A stretch of 57,960 nt of DNA, taken from IMG/VR virus record IMGVR_UViG_3300046751_000386, positions 1-57,960 of that record. One strand, given 5' to 3'. Shown one piece after another: positions 1 through 8,958 of the stretch (position 1 is the stretch's first letter; every line of letters begins with the position of its first letter). This DNA comes from a virus (taxonomy: Duplodnaviria; Caudoviricetes). The notes below the pieces were generated by a model, which searched no databases, was not told the origin of the DNA, and worked only from the letters and a program-made list of their open reading frames with translations. A program made the translations under genes and the position numbers.

Positions 1-127
1 GCGGCGCGTGAAATGCTCGAACGCCGTGAAGTGGAAATAGCCCGCTTGCGTGAAGAGATGGAAGCACTTCGAACCGTTAACCAAGAAAATGCTTTGATGC
101 TGGACGATATACGCTTGCCCCTTTTTA
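1..127. repeat. Terminal direct repeat, identical to 57834-57960; indicates a circular assembly
   Basis: GCGGCGCGTGAAATGCTC...CCCCTTTTTA is identical at both ends; 127 bp is a common assembler k-mer length. Confidence 0.95.
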
Positions 128-372
128 AACTTTTGAAAGACCAACTCGGCGCAATGGTCTCGGGCGAAATTGCCGAGCAATTGAAATCACAAGAAAAGGC
201 TTTTGATATTCAGGATCATATGGACGAGATACGCGAAGATATCACTTACAATTTCGACATCAGTTCTTTTCAATCCGAGATCGAAGAGATTGTAACCGAG
301 CGCGACATGACCGACGAGGTGACCGAAATCGTTGAAGATGTTTTGAGAGGCGCGAAAATCACACTGGGTTAA
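1..372 (+). CDS. Early hypothetical protein (coiled-coil N-terminus, acidic C-terminus); 3' part of a gene starting at 57789 across the circular junction
   Basis: ORF 13..372 is in frame with ATG 57789 (19 extra codons), which has the RBS TTGGAGAAC. Confidence 0.8.
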   Translation, partial: AAREMLERREVEIARLREEMEALRTVNQENALMLDDIRLPLFKLLKDQLGAMVSGEIAEQLKSQEKAFDIQDHMDEIREDITYNFDISSFQSEIEEIVTERDMTDEVTEIVEDVLRGAKITLG

Positions 373-399
373 AAAACCCGCTCAACTTTGCCCAACTTT

Positions 400-424
400 G
401 CCCGCCATAGCGCGGGCTTTTTTT
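400..424 (+). terminator. Rho-independent terminator
   Basis: GCCCGC-catagc-GCGGGC followed by T7. Confidence 0.8.
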
Positions 425-428
425 ATGT

Positions 429-458
429 TTGACAGATCAGTAAGAGATATCCCATACT
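429..458 (+). promoter_or_regulatory. Sigma70-like early promoter
   Basis: TTGACA-N18-CATACT, followed by a GC hairpin and RBS GGAGAAC. Confidence 0.6.
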
Positions 459-506
459 GCAGGAGCGGCGGGCATCCTGCCCGCTTGCTATAGGAGAACC
501 GACACA

Positions 507-818
507 ATGAAACGCTATCAAATAGAAGCCTCGACATTCGAGCTAGACGGGACCGAGAGCCACACAGTGCTTTACACCTCGAACGGCATAAGCACCGCCC
601 GTGCTTACCTCGAAGGATTTACAACCGCCAGCGATTGGAAAGATTACGACCTTGTCAATCTATTGGATACAGCGCACCCCAGCGACAGCGACTTGCACTT
701 GATCGATAGCAAGATGCACCCCGCCATCGACAATTGCGCGACAAGCCAGAGCCTTTCTGATTTTACCGAAGTGTGGGCCGACGTAGGACAGCACGCCTTT
801 TTCCGGTGTAAGCTATGA
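507..818 (+). CDS. Acidic early hypothetical protein
   Basis: 103 aa ORF with RBS TAGGAGAAC. Confidence 0.7.
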   Translation: MKRYQIEASTFELDGTESHTVLYTSNGISTARAYLEGFTTASDWKDYDLVNLLDTAHPSDSDLHLIDSKMHPAIDNCATSQSLSDFTEVWADVGQHAFFRCKL

Positions 819-965
819 GAGGCGGCGTAGGTATCTGTTTAAATGGTTTGAGTACCAAACCCCCCGCAGACCCCCAAAAGAGCCGAGCCGAGCGCAGAGC
901 AGCCGACAGCAACCGCAAACATTCAAAAGGTGGAAAGGTTAACTTTAACCGCTGGACTACCAAAC

Positions 966-1184
966 ATGGCAGACGAGCCGGAAAGTGAAACTATGATAGA
1001 TATGACAACCGCCCAGCGCGACACATTGGAACGCAAATGGTCAGAGCTGGACGAGACCACCCGCCCGACGCTTGAACGCTTTCTTGAGAGCGTGAAAGAC
1101 ACGTTCTATTGCGACGACGCCGTGACCGTGTACTGGGCTAACATGTGGCTTTGCATAGAGCGTGACGGATACTGTCACACTTGA
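966..1184 (+). CDS. Early hypothetical protein
   Basis: ORF ending WLCIERDGYCHT; start uncertain (966, 993 or 1002). Confidence 0.6.
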   Translation: MADEPESETMIDMTTAQRDTLERKWSELDETTRPTLERFLESVKDTFYCDDAVTVYWANMWLCIERDGYCHT

Positions 1185-1254
1185 CTAAATCATATAGATC
1201 AGGCAAAACAGGGGCGGGGCAATCCCGCCCCTTATCTATTGGAGAACCGAAACA

Positions 1255-1476
1255 ATGATTAAAGTACTTTACCAGAGCATCGACAATCACGACGGCTGGA
1301 CCGTTGAGTATGATACTGAAGCCTCGGCTTTTGCCGGTATACGTCACCAGCTTGGCAACGTCGGAGAACCGTCGAGCCATTACGCTTGCGCCGACGATGG
1401 AGTGTGCACCGCCACCGTTATCAATTCTACATTGCGGGAACTGCACGAGGCCGCATCTGTTTTGGGTATTCGTTAA
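1255..1476 (+). CDS. Early hypothetical protein
   Basis: 73 aa ORF preceded by TTGACT, a GC hairpin and RBS TTGGAGAAC. Confidence 0.75.
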   Translation: MIKVLYQSIDNHDGWTVEYDTEASAFAGIRHQLGNVGEPSSHYACADDGVCTATVINSTLRELHEAASVLGIR

Positions 1477-1504
1477 TACCCAGCACCACCGCACCGACGC
1501 TCAG

Positions 1505-1533
1505 AGGCCCGCCCAGTGCGGGCCTTTTCTTTT
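1505..1533 (+). terminator. Rho-independent terminator ending the early region
   Basis: AGGCCCGC-ccagt-GCGGGCCT followed by TTTCTTTT. Confidence 0.8.
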
Positions 1534-1684
1534 AGTGACACATGCGACCCCCGCACCCCGCCCCTTGGCTTAAACCTACCGGACCGAGATCCGAGGCCCA
1601 AGGTTTGATGTTCGATCTCGTCGATCTCGTGCCCAGATACCCAGTGATCGACAACGAGGTGGACGAGAGAGCCGTTAATCTGGT

Positions 1685-1732
1685 CCGATCCGCCCCGATC
1701 CGCCCCGATCCGCCCCGATCCGCCCCGATCCG
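1685..1732. repeat. Tandem repeat (CCGATCCGCC) x about 4.8
   Basis: Direct reading of the sequence; lies in a GC-rich non-coding region. Confidence 0.95.
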
Positions 1733-2049
1733 ACGCCAACTGGCGGAAAATATCGGAGCGCAGCCGCGCAGTTAAATCCACCGGATCGACGTTCGAGCGT
1801 CAATTAACTGTAACAGCTGCAGCAGCTGGCGCACCAATCGCCACGGCTGCTGGCACCGGACAACCGCAGCACGATCACGAAACCCGGACCAGGCTAGACA
1901 ATATCGCATGTTATCAATGCCCCAAAGACCGTTTAACGCGACCTAGGGTCCCCCAGATATCGGGTCAATCCGCCTAGGTTAAACCCAAATCGACCGGAAT
2001 CCGCCGACCGCGCACCCCGTGCCGACCTGCGGGGGCTTGGGCCATGTTT

Positions 2050-2089
2050 TTGACAAATAGTTGCCATAAAAATGATATGGGGTATAACT
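2050..2089 (+). promoter_or_regulatory. Putative promoter for the packaging/structural operon
   Basis: TTGACA at 2050 and TTGCCA-N16-TATAAC (2061-2088) in an AT-rich patch upstream of RBS AAGGAG. Confidence 0.5.
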
Positions 2090-2134
2090 ATGTAATAAGA
2101 CTATAACCTTTGTACAACTTTAAGGAGAAAGCTC

Positions 2135-2353
2135 GTGGGTATTATTAAAGAAATGCAACTAGAAGCTGCGGACATAGAGTCTATTAAACAAGACCGCGAA
2201 GAGGAAGCGCGGTTCGCGGCTATGGATCACCGGACCGCGGACGAAAAACGCTGGGACGAGGAGGGTCCTTCTGATTCAGAGATAGAGGATATGGAGGTTG
2301 AGCGTTTAATTAATCTACAGGAAGAAAGGTCATTAGGGGTCCCCGATCTGTGA
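2135..2353 (+). CDS. Small highly acidic hypothetical protein
   Basis: GTG start with RBS AAGGAG; overlaps the terL start (GTGA). Confidence 0.7.
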   Translation: MGIIKEMQLEAADIESIKQDREEEARFAAMDHRTADEKRWDEEGPSDSEIEDMEVERLINLQEERSLGVPDL

Positions 2354-3801
2354 CTATTGCACTACAAGAAAAGGCTCTGAAACTTCAACTTAGGCTTGCA
2401 CAAATAGAGAAGCAGGAGTCTCAGCGTAACAATTTTTTACCGTTTGTGAGGGGTATGTGGCCTGACTTTATTGCTGGTCGTCATCACCGTATTATTGCTG
2501 AGAAGTTGGAGCGTGTTGCGAGTGGCGAGTTAAAGCGTTTAATTATCAACATGGCTCCGCGGCACACGAAGTCTGAGTTTGCGTCATTTTTGTTTCCTGC
2601 GTGGATGATGGGCAAGAATCCTAGTATGAAGATCATTCAGGCGACTCACACGACGGAGTTGGCGGTAAACTTTGGTCGTAAGACTAAGAATCTTTTGGAC
2701 ACGGACGAGTATAAGGGTGTGTTTCCTCACGTTAAGTTAGCGGCGGATTCGAAGGCTTCTGGTCGGTGGGACACGAGTGCTGGTGGGATGTATTATGCTG
2801 TTGGTGTTGGTTCTAACTTAGCGGGTCGTGGTGGTGATTTAATTATTATTGACGATCCACATTCTGAGCAGACGGCTATGAGTACGAATGGTTTTAACGA
2901 TGCTTGGGATTGGTACACTGGGGGCCCTCGGCAGCGGCTTCAGCCCGGAGGTTCTATAGTTTTGGTACAGACTCGGTGGTCTGAGAAGGACATGACGGGT
3001 CAGTTGTTACGGGGTATGGCTAAGGACCCTTTGGCGGATCAGTGGGAGGTTGTAGAGTTACCTGCTATTTTTGAGGACGGTACGTCTTGTTGGCCTGAGT
3101 ATTGGAGTATTGAGGATTTAACCGCGGTTAAGGCGTCTATTCCTCCTATGAAGTGGAATGCTCAGTACCAGCAGAATCCTACTGGTGAGGAGAACGCGAT
3201 TGTTCCTCGGGAGTGGTGGCAGCGTTGGGAGAGTGAGCGGGTCCCTAACTTGCAGTATGTGATACAGAGTTATGATACTGCGTTTAGCAAGCGGGAGAGT
3301 GCTGACTACAGTGCTATTACGACGTGGGGTGTATTTTATCCTGAAGAGGCTGGGGGTCCTCCGGCGTTAATATTGTTGGATAGTAAGAAGGGTCGTTGGG
3401 ATTTTCCTGAATTAAAGCGGATTGCTTTTGACGAGTACCAGTTTTGGGACCCTGACACTGTAATTGTGGAAGCGAAGGCGAGTGGTATGCCTTTAACTCA
3501 GGAGATGCGGCAGGTTGGGATTCCGGTTGTAAATTTTACGCCGAGTAGGGGTAATGACAAGGTTACGCGGTTGCACAGTGTTAGTCCTTTATTTGAGGCT
3601 GGTATGGTGTATGCTCCTGACAAGACTTGGGCGGACGAGTTAATTGAGGAGATGGCTGCGTTTCCCAACGGTGAGTTTGATGATTTAGTTGACAGTGCTA
3701 CACAGGCTTTGATGAGGTATCGTCAGGGCAATTTTGTGCAGTTGCCAACAGATGATTGGCAAGATGAAGAAACATCTGCTAGGGTACACGCATATTATTG
3801 A
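2350..3801 (+). CDS. terL: Terminase large subunit
   Basis: Walker A-like MAPRHTKSE, Walker B IIIDDP, nuclease motifs SYDTA..DYSA and DDLVDS. Confidence 0.95.
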   Translation: MTIALQEKALKLQLRLAQIEKQESQRNNFLPFVRGMWPDFIAGRHHRIIAEKLERVASGELKRLIINMAPRHTKSEFASFLFPAWMMGKNPSMKIIQATHTTELAVNFGRKTKNLLDTDEYKGVFPHVKLAADSKASGRWDTSAGGMYYAVGVGSNLAGRGGDLIIIDDPHSEQTAMSTNGFNDAWDWYTGGPRQRLQPGGSIVLVQTRWSEKDMTGQLLRGMAKDPLADQWEVVELPAIFEDGTSCWPEYWSIEDLTAVKASIPPMKWNAQYQQNPTGEENAIVPREWWQRWESERVPNLQYVIQSYDTAFSKRESADYSAITTWGVFYPEEAGGPPALILLDSKKGRWDFPELKRIAFDEYQFWDPDTVIVEAKASGMPLTQEMRQVGIPVVNFTPSRGNDKVTRLHSVSPLFEAGMVYAPDKTWADELIEEMAAFPNGEFDDLVDSATQALMRYRQGNFVQLPTDDWQDEETSARVHAYY

Positions 3802-3812
3802 CGGAGACGGCT

Positions 3813-6221
3813 ATGGCTATTGGCGGATTGATGGATACGAACGTACCAAGTCAGCTTGACGAGGACGATTTACGCGCTGAGTTGGAGATAGAGATACCTG
3901 ATTCTGGTGCGGACCCTATGTTGTATGCGGTAGATTCTGACGTGGAGATAGAGATTTCTACGGAGGATGACGGCGGGGTTACGGTAGATTTTGATCCTGA
4001 AGACATGCGCGGTGAGGGCGGAGATTTTTACGCTAACTTGGCGGAGGAGATGCCGGACCGCGAACTTAGTCGCATTGGCAGTGACTTAGCGGGTGAGTTT
4101 GATGCTAACAAGGCTGGTCGTCAGGATTGGGAGGATGCGTATACGGATGGTTTGGAGTTGTTGGGATTTAATTACGAGGAGCGCACTCAGCCGTTTCGTG
4201 GTTCCAGTGGTGTAACGCATCCGTTGTTGGCGGAAGCTGCTACGCAGTTTCAGGCTCAGGCGTTTAATGAGTTATTGCCTGCGGGTGGTCCTGTACGGAC
4301 GCAGGTTATGGGTGAGGAGACACATGCCAAGGCGGATCAGGCCAAGCGGGTTCGTCAGTTTATGAATTACTACATTACGAATGTCATGGAGGATTACACT
4401 CCTGACATGGATCAGATGTTGTTTTATTTACCGCTTGCTGGCAGCACGTTTAAGAAGACTTATTATGATGAGGTCATGGACCGCGCTGTAAGTAAGTTTG
4501 TTCCTGCACAGAATTTGGTTGTTCCGTATGATACTTCTGATTTGGATACGTGTCCGAATATAAGTCAGCTTATACGGATGGATTTAAATGATTTGCGTAA
4601 AAAGCAGCTTGCGGGGGTTTATTTAGATATAGACGTAATACCTGCGCAGGGTGATGTTACGGATGTTGATTCTGAGATAAACCGGATTGACGGCATTGAG
4701 CCTTCGCAGATTGATTACGACTGCACTTTGTTGGAGTGTCACGTTGATTTGGATTTAGAGGGTTATGAGGATTTAGACGAGGGTGGTGAGCCTACGGGCG
4801 TTAAGGTTCCTTACATTGTTACTATATCTCAGGACAACGGTCAGGTTTTGTCTATTCGGCGTAATTACCGTGAGGACGATCCGGCTAAAAAGAAAATTGC
4901 ATATTTCACGCACTTTAAGTTTTTACCGGGATTTGGGTTCTACGGCTTGGGCTTGATCCATACTATTGGTGGATTATCGCGGACCGCGACCAGTGCTTTG
5001 AGGCAGTTGATTGATGCTGGTACTTTGTCGAATTTACCTGCGGGGTTCAAGGCCCGCGGACTTCGGATACGGGACGACGATGATCCATTACAACCGGGGG
5101 AGTTTAGGGACGTAGATGCTCCGGGTGGTGCTATACGTGACAGTTTAATGCCTTTGCCTTTTAAGGGTCCTGACCGGACGTTGTTTGAGTTATTGGGTTT
5201 TGTTGTACAGGCTGGACAGCGGTTCGCGACCATTACTGATATGAAGGTTGGTGACGGTAATCAGAACGCGGCGGTTGGCACGACGATAGCGATGTTGGAG
5301 CAGGGTTCGCGAGTCATGAGTGCTGTTCACAAGCGTTTACATTATTCGATGCGTCAGGAGTTTAAAATTTTGGCGCGTGTAATGTCGGAGAGTTTACCGC
5401 AGGAGTATCCGTATTCTGTTGCTGGTGACGAGTCGAGCATTATGGCGTCTGATTTCGATGATCGTGTTGATGTAATTCCTGTCAGTAATCCGAATGTATT
5501 TAGTCAGGCGCAGCGGATTGCGTTGTCTCAGACTAAGATGCAGTTAGCGGCGCAGGCTCCTGAGATGCACAACATGCACGAGGTTTATCGTGATATGTAT
5601 GAATCGTTGGGCGTTACGGACGTTGATAGGATAATGAAGGCGGTGCCGGACGACGAACCGCGGCCCTTGGACCCTGCTCAGGAGAACATAAACGCGTTGG
5701 ACATGATGGAGTTACGTGCGTTTGCGGGTCAGGACCATCAGTCTCATATTATGGCGCATTTAATTTTTGGTTCGACTCCGATGGTTGGACAGATGCCGCA
5801 GGTTGCGGTTGCTTTACAGAAGCATGTTTTAGAGCATGTTAAGATACAGGCTGAAGAGGCTGGTATGCAACAGATGCAGCAAGCGCAGGGCGGTGAAGAG
5901 GCTCAGATGGAGATGCAGTATCAAGCGGTTGTAGCTCAGTTGATTGCGCAGGGTATGCAGCAGGTTAAGCAGTTGTCTGGACAAATATCTGGTCAGGGCC
6001 CTGATCCTCTGGTAAAGCTTAAAGAGAAAGAGTTGGAGATTAAGGCGCAGTCGGAACAGGCGGACAATCAGATTGATCAGGCTAAGTTGCAGTTAGACGC
6101 GCAGAACCAACAGATGCGCAGCGAACAGTTCCAACAGCGGCTTGAGAGCCAAGAGAAGCAAACGGACAAGCGCATTCAGAGTGCAATGCAGCGTGAAATG
6201 ATGAAGCAGAGGAGTCAGTGA
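3813..6221 (+). CDS. Portal protein
   Basis: About 800 aa immediately after terL; P22-like portal character with a Gln-rich C-terminal coiled coil; RBS GGAG before ATG 3813. Confidence 0.85.
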   Translation: MAIGGLMDTNVPSQLDEDDLRAELEIEIPDSGADPMLYAVDSDVEIEISTEDDGGVTVDFDPEDMRGEGGDFYANLAEEMPDRELSRIGSDLAGEFDANKAGRQDWEDAYTDGLELLGFNYEERTQPFRGSSGVTHPLLAEAATQFQAQAFNELLPAGGPVRTQVMGEETHAKADQAKRVRQFMNYYITNVMEDYTPDMDQMLFYLPLAGSTFKKTYYDEVMDRAVSKFVPAQNLVVPYDTSDLDTCPNISQLIRMDLNDLRKKQLAGVYLDIDVIPAQGDVTDVDSEINRIDGIEPSQIDYDCTLLECHVDLDLEGYEDLDEGGEPTGVKVPYIVTISQDNGQVLSIRRNYREDDPAKKKIAYFTHFKFLPGFGFYGLGLIHTIGGLSRTATSALRQLIDAGTLSNLPAGFKARGLRIRDDDDPLQPGEFRDVDAPGGAIRDSLMPLPFKGPDRTLFELLGFVVQAGQRFATITDMKVGDGNQNAAVGTTIAMLEQGSRVMSAVHKRLHYSMRQEFKILARVMSESLPQEYPYSVAGDESSIMASDFDDRVDVIPVSNPNVFSQAQRIALSQTKMQLAAQAPEMHNMHEVYRDMYESLGVTDVDRIMKAVPDDEPRPLDPAQENINALDMMELRAFAGQDHQSHIMAHLIFGSTPMVGQMPQVAVALQKHVLEHVKIQAEEAGMQQMQQAQGGEEAQMEMQYQAVVAQLIAQGMQQVKQLSGQISGQGPDPLVKLKEKELEIKAQSEQADNQIDQAKLQLDAQNQQMRSEQFQQRLESQEKQTDKRIQSAMQREMMKQRSQ

Positions 6222-6415
6222 TGGCTAAAGTAAAATTCCAAGGGGCCCCTGCGGGTCCAACTCCGAAGGCGGTTCCTTACGCTGACATTAAGGATCAGGG
6301 CCGTATTCCTTATGGCAAGAGTGCGCCGTTTAAGATACCTACGTCTACATCTATTAAGACGGCCCGTGGTATGGGCGCTGCGAAGCGCGGCGGCAAATAC
6401 ATTGCGTGTGTCTGA
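6221..6415 (+). CDS. Small basic protein (RGMGAAKRGG motif)
   Basis: RBS GAGGAG; Lys/Arg-rich, 64 aa. Confidence 0.7.
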   Translation: MAKVKFQGAPAGPTPKAVPYADIKDQGRIPYGKSAPFKIPTSTSIKTARGMGAAKRGGKYIACV

Positions 6416-6418
6416 CGG

Positions 6419-6652
6419 ATGCCCCCTGAGTTGCTATGGAGCGGCGGTTTAACGGCGGGTTTGGGCATTGTTGGTTGGTTGTTACGCACGTATGTGTGTG
6501 AGGTTCAGCGTATTCAGATACTTTTGAATCGCACTCGGGAAGAGATGGCGAAGGAGTATGTGACTAAATCTGACAACACGACGGACATGAATCGGGTTAT
6601 AACGCGTTTGGATGCGTTAGACGCTAAGATGGACCGCATGTTGGAGAGGTAG
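6419..6652 (+). CDS. Small protein with an N-terminal TM helix and coiled coil
   Basis: Hydrophobic N-terminus followed by a heptad pattern; tightly packed in the operon. Confidence 0.7.
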   Translation: MPPELLWSGGLTAGLGIVGWLLRTYVCEVQRIQILLNRTREEMAKEYVTKSDNTTDMNRVITRLDALDAKMDRMLER

Positions 6653-7132
6653 ATGATTGATCCTGTAACGGCTTTTGCCGCAGCTAACGCCGCGTTTAAG
6701 GGCGTGAAGATGTTGGTTGGTGCTGGTCGTGAGATGCAGGACGTAAGTAAGCAGCTTGGGCAGTGGTACTGTGCGGTTGCGGACATAACCAAGGCAGAGT
6801 CTCAGCGTAAGAATCCAACGTGGTTGGATAAGAAGACGCATGGAACCGATAACATAGAGCAGCAAGCTATGGATATCGTGATCCGCAAGAAGACTTTACT
6901 GGAAAAAGAGAAAGAAATTAAGTTCATGCTGGACTATAGGTTTGGCTTGGGCACTTACGACGAGATGTTGGGTATGCGGCGCAAGATACGCGCAGAACGG
7001 GAGGAAACGGTGTATCGTGCTATGGAAGCCAAGCGCCAGATACAGAATAACATGGCTATTGGTGCGTTAAGTCTTGGTATAATTGGCGTTTTAGGTGGTG
7101 GTATTTATTTAATAGTATTGGTTACTCAATGA
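6653..7132 (+). CDS. Hypothetical membrane-anchored coiled-coil protein
   Basis: MIDPVTAFAAA start, C-terminal TM helix, RBS GGAGAGG. Confidence 0.75.
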   Translation: MIDPVTAFAAANAAFKGVKMLVGAGREMQDVSKQLGQWYCAVADITKAESQRKNPTWLDKKTHGTDNIEQQAMDIVIRKKTLLEKEKEIKFMLDYRFGLGTYDEMLGMRRKIRAEREETVYRAMEAKRQIQNNMAIGALSLGIIGVLGGGIYLIVLVTQ

Positions 7133-7395
7133 TAAACGCGCTTATTTTGTCTGTAACTCTTGCGGGAGTGGCTAATCCGACGCATGTTCAGTGTCACTTA
7201 TGGAAACGACTTACAGCCGAAAACGGTCAAAAGATTTGTGTTTATAGGTTTACAGCGGGTTATGGAGGTTTGGGGTATCACTACCCTACGAAAAGTTTTT
7301 CCGAGTGTCCGAAGGTTTTTAGTTGTCTTTATGAGAAGAAGGACAAGCGACCTAGCTTGTCGGAAATATTAGATGGCCTGAAAGGAGGTTTCTAA
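7129..7395 (+). CDS. Small putatively secreted Cys-containing protein
   Basis: Signal-peptide-like N-terminus, 4 Cys, ATGA coupling. Confidence 0.65.
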   Translation: MINALILSVTLAGVANPTHVQCHLWKRLTAENGQKICVYRFTAGYGGLGYHYPTKSFSECPKVFSCLYEKKDKRPSLSEILDGLKGGF

Positions 7396-7595
7396 TGACT
7401 ATGGAGAAGTTTTTGGCATGGAAGGTTATGCCTCGGCTTATGATGTTGGTAATGACGGTTATGTATATCAGGGTGATTGAGTGGTTTATGTCGTTACCGC
7501 AGGACGTTGTTAGTACGCAAGCTACTGCGCTTACTGCAACCGTAACGGGTGCTATGACGGGTGCCTTCGCCGTATGGTTAGGATCAGAAAAATGA
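7395..7595 (+). CDS. Small two-TM membrane protein (possibly lysis-associated)
   Basis: RBS AGGAGG; two hydrophobic helices; ends FAVWLGSEK. Confidence 0.7.
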   Translation: MTMEKFLAWKVMPRLMMLVMTVMYIRVIEWFMSLPQDVVSTQATALTATVTGAMTGAFAVWLGSEK

Positions 7596-8047
7596 TGGCA
7601 TTATTAGGGAGTTTGCTGGGCTTTGGGAGTTCTTTTCTGCCCGAGGTACTTAGCTATTTTAAGGCTAACCAACAACAAAAGCATCGTATGGAGATGATGC
7701 AGCTTGAAACGCAGTTGGCGCAGAAGCGTTCTGAGATGAAACTGGTTGAGTTAGATAAGCAGGCGGATATCGCGGAAACGAAGGGGTTGTATGAGCATGA
7801 CCGATCTATCGATGCTGGCGGATTTATCAACGGTCTTCGGGGTAGTGTTCGTCCTGTCATTACTTATGCCTTTTTCGGACTGTTCGTAGCTACGAAAGTA
7901 GTTATCATGGTTAAAGTAGGGCAGTCGGGCGGCGATTGGACGGAAGCTGTTGAACTTATGTGGGACCCAGAAACAGCCGGACTTATGAGCGCAGTTTTAG
8001 CATTCTGGTTTGGAAATAGAGCAATCTCTAAATATGCGGGGAAGTAG
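7592..8047 (+). CDS. Holin-like protein (3-TM, GTA-holin-like)
   Basis: SVRPVITY...FWFGNRA motifs, TM helices, directly upstream of the endolysin. Confidence 0.65.
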   Translation: MMALLGSLLGFGSSFLPEVLSYFKANQQQKHRMEMMQLETQLAQKRSEMKLVELDKQADIAETKGLYEHDRSIDAGGFINGLRGSVRPVITYAFFGLFVATKVVIMVKVGQSGGDWTEAVELMWDPETAGLMSAVLAFWFGNRAISKYAGK

Positions 8048-8049
8048 TT

Positions 8050-8502
8050 ATGGGATACAAGTTAGGAAAGCGAAGCCTATCAAGGCTAGAAGGTGTCAAC
8101 GACGATCTGGTAACGGTCGTGAAATACGCTATCGGCGTGACGAAACAAGACTTCTCGGTCATCTGCGGGTTGAGAACAATAGAAGAGCAACGCGCATTGG
8201 TTGCAAAAGGGGCCTCGCAAACCATGAAATCAAAACACATTGACGGCAACGCCGTTGATTTGATGGCTTACTGCGACGGAGGGCGTTGGGAACTCAACCT
8301 GTATGATGAAATTGCTGACGCCATGAAGGAAGGTGCCGAGGCTGCGGGTGTAAAGCTCCGTTGGGGCGCGGCGTGGACGATAGACGATCTTGGTGCGTGG
8401 GATGGAACTGCGGAGAATGCAATGAACAGCTACATTGACATTCGCAGATCACAGGGACGTAGGCCTTTTATCGACGCTCCACACTTTGAAGTTATGTTTT
8501 AA
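8050..8502 (+). CDS. Endolysin, M15-family (L-Ala-D-Glu) peptidase
   Basis: GLRT..EQ, SKHIDGNAVD, LRWG..W and DAPHFE zinc-peptidase motifs. Confidence 0.9.
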   Translation: MGYKLGKRSLSRLEGVNDDLVTVVKYAIGVTKQDFSVICGLRTIEEQRALVAKGASQTMKSKHIDGNAVDLMAYCDGGRWELNLYDEIADAMKEGAEAAGVKLRWGAAWTIDDLGAWDGTAENAMNSYIDIRRSQGRRPFIDAPHFEVMF

Positions 8503-8714
8503 TGTACGCGTTCGTTCTCATGCTGTATCTCGGCTACGGGAGCGAACGTAAATTAGTTGTGGATGATCTGTATTTTTCCCAGTTAAACGTTTGCAATAGG
8601 GTAGCCGAGGCTCTTGTAGAGCGTTACAGCACTCACGGTATAGCGACAGCGGACAGAGCCGTTGCGTATTGTTTGCCAATAAAAATTACGGACGACTCGT
8701 TGCACGTTTACTAA
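8502..8714 (+). CDS. Small hypothetical protein
   Basis: Coupled ORF with hydrophobic N-terminus and two Cys. Confidence 0.6.
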   Translation: MYAFVLMLYLGYGSERKLVVDDLYFSQLNVCNRVAEALVERYSTHGIATADRAVAYCLPIKITDDSLHVY

Positions 8715-8760
8715 AAAACAAGTAGGTTTCCCATATAAGATTAAATGGGAGAATCTGGGA

Positions 8761-8958
8761 ATGGATGAGATACGCGTTGCAGAAGCTGTTTTTCGCGTTA
8801 TAAGGGAAAGGAGACAGGGCGTTGTCGATCTAATGCAGTACGGCAACGTTAAATCACTAGAGCAATATCGTGAGCTTATGGGCAACTTAGAGGCCCTGAA
8901 TCATGTGGAACAGGAACTCAAGGGCCTGCTAGATAAACAGGAGCGTAGTGTTGACTAA
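8761..8958 (+). CDS. Small helical hypothetical protein
   Basis: 65 aa ORF directly upstream of GroES. Confidence 0.7.
   Translation: MDEIRVAEAVFRVIRERRQGVVDLMQYGNVKSLEQYRELMGNLEALNHVEQELKGLLDKQERSVD

Noticed and set aside
1685-1732. Possible CRISPR array
   Set aside because: Contiguous 10-bp units with no spacers and no cas genes
1542-1775. ORFs with RSAPI / GGS repeats (+1542..1775, -1473..1781)
   Set aside because: They are translations of a 10-bp DNA repeat with no RBS; the repeat period is not a multiple of 3
7592-7600. Holin dual-start motif
   Set aside because: Met-Met without an intervening charged residue does not fit the lambda S105/S107 pattern
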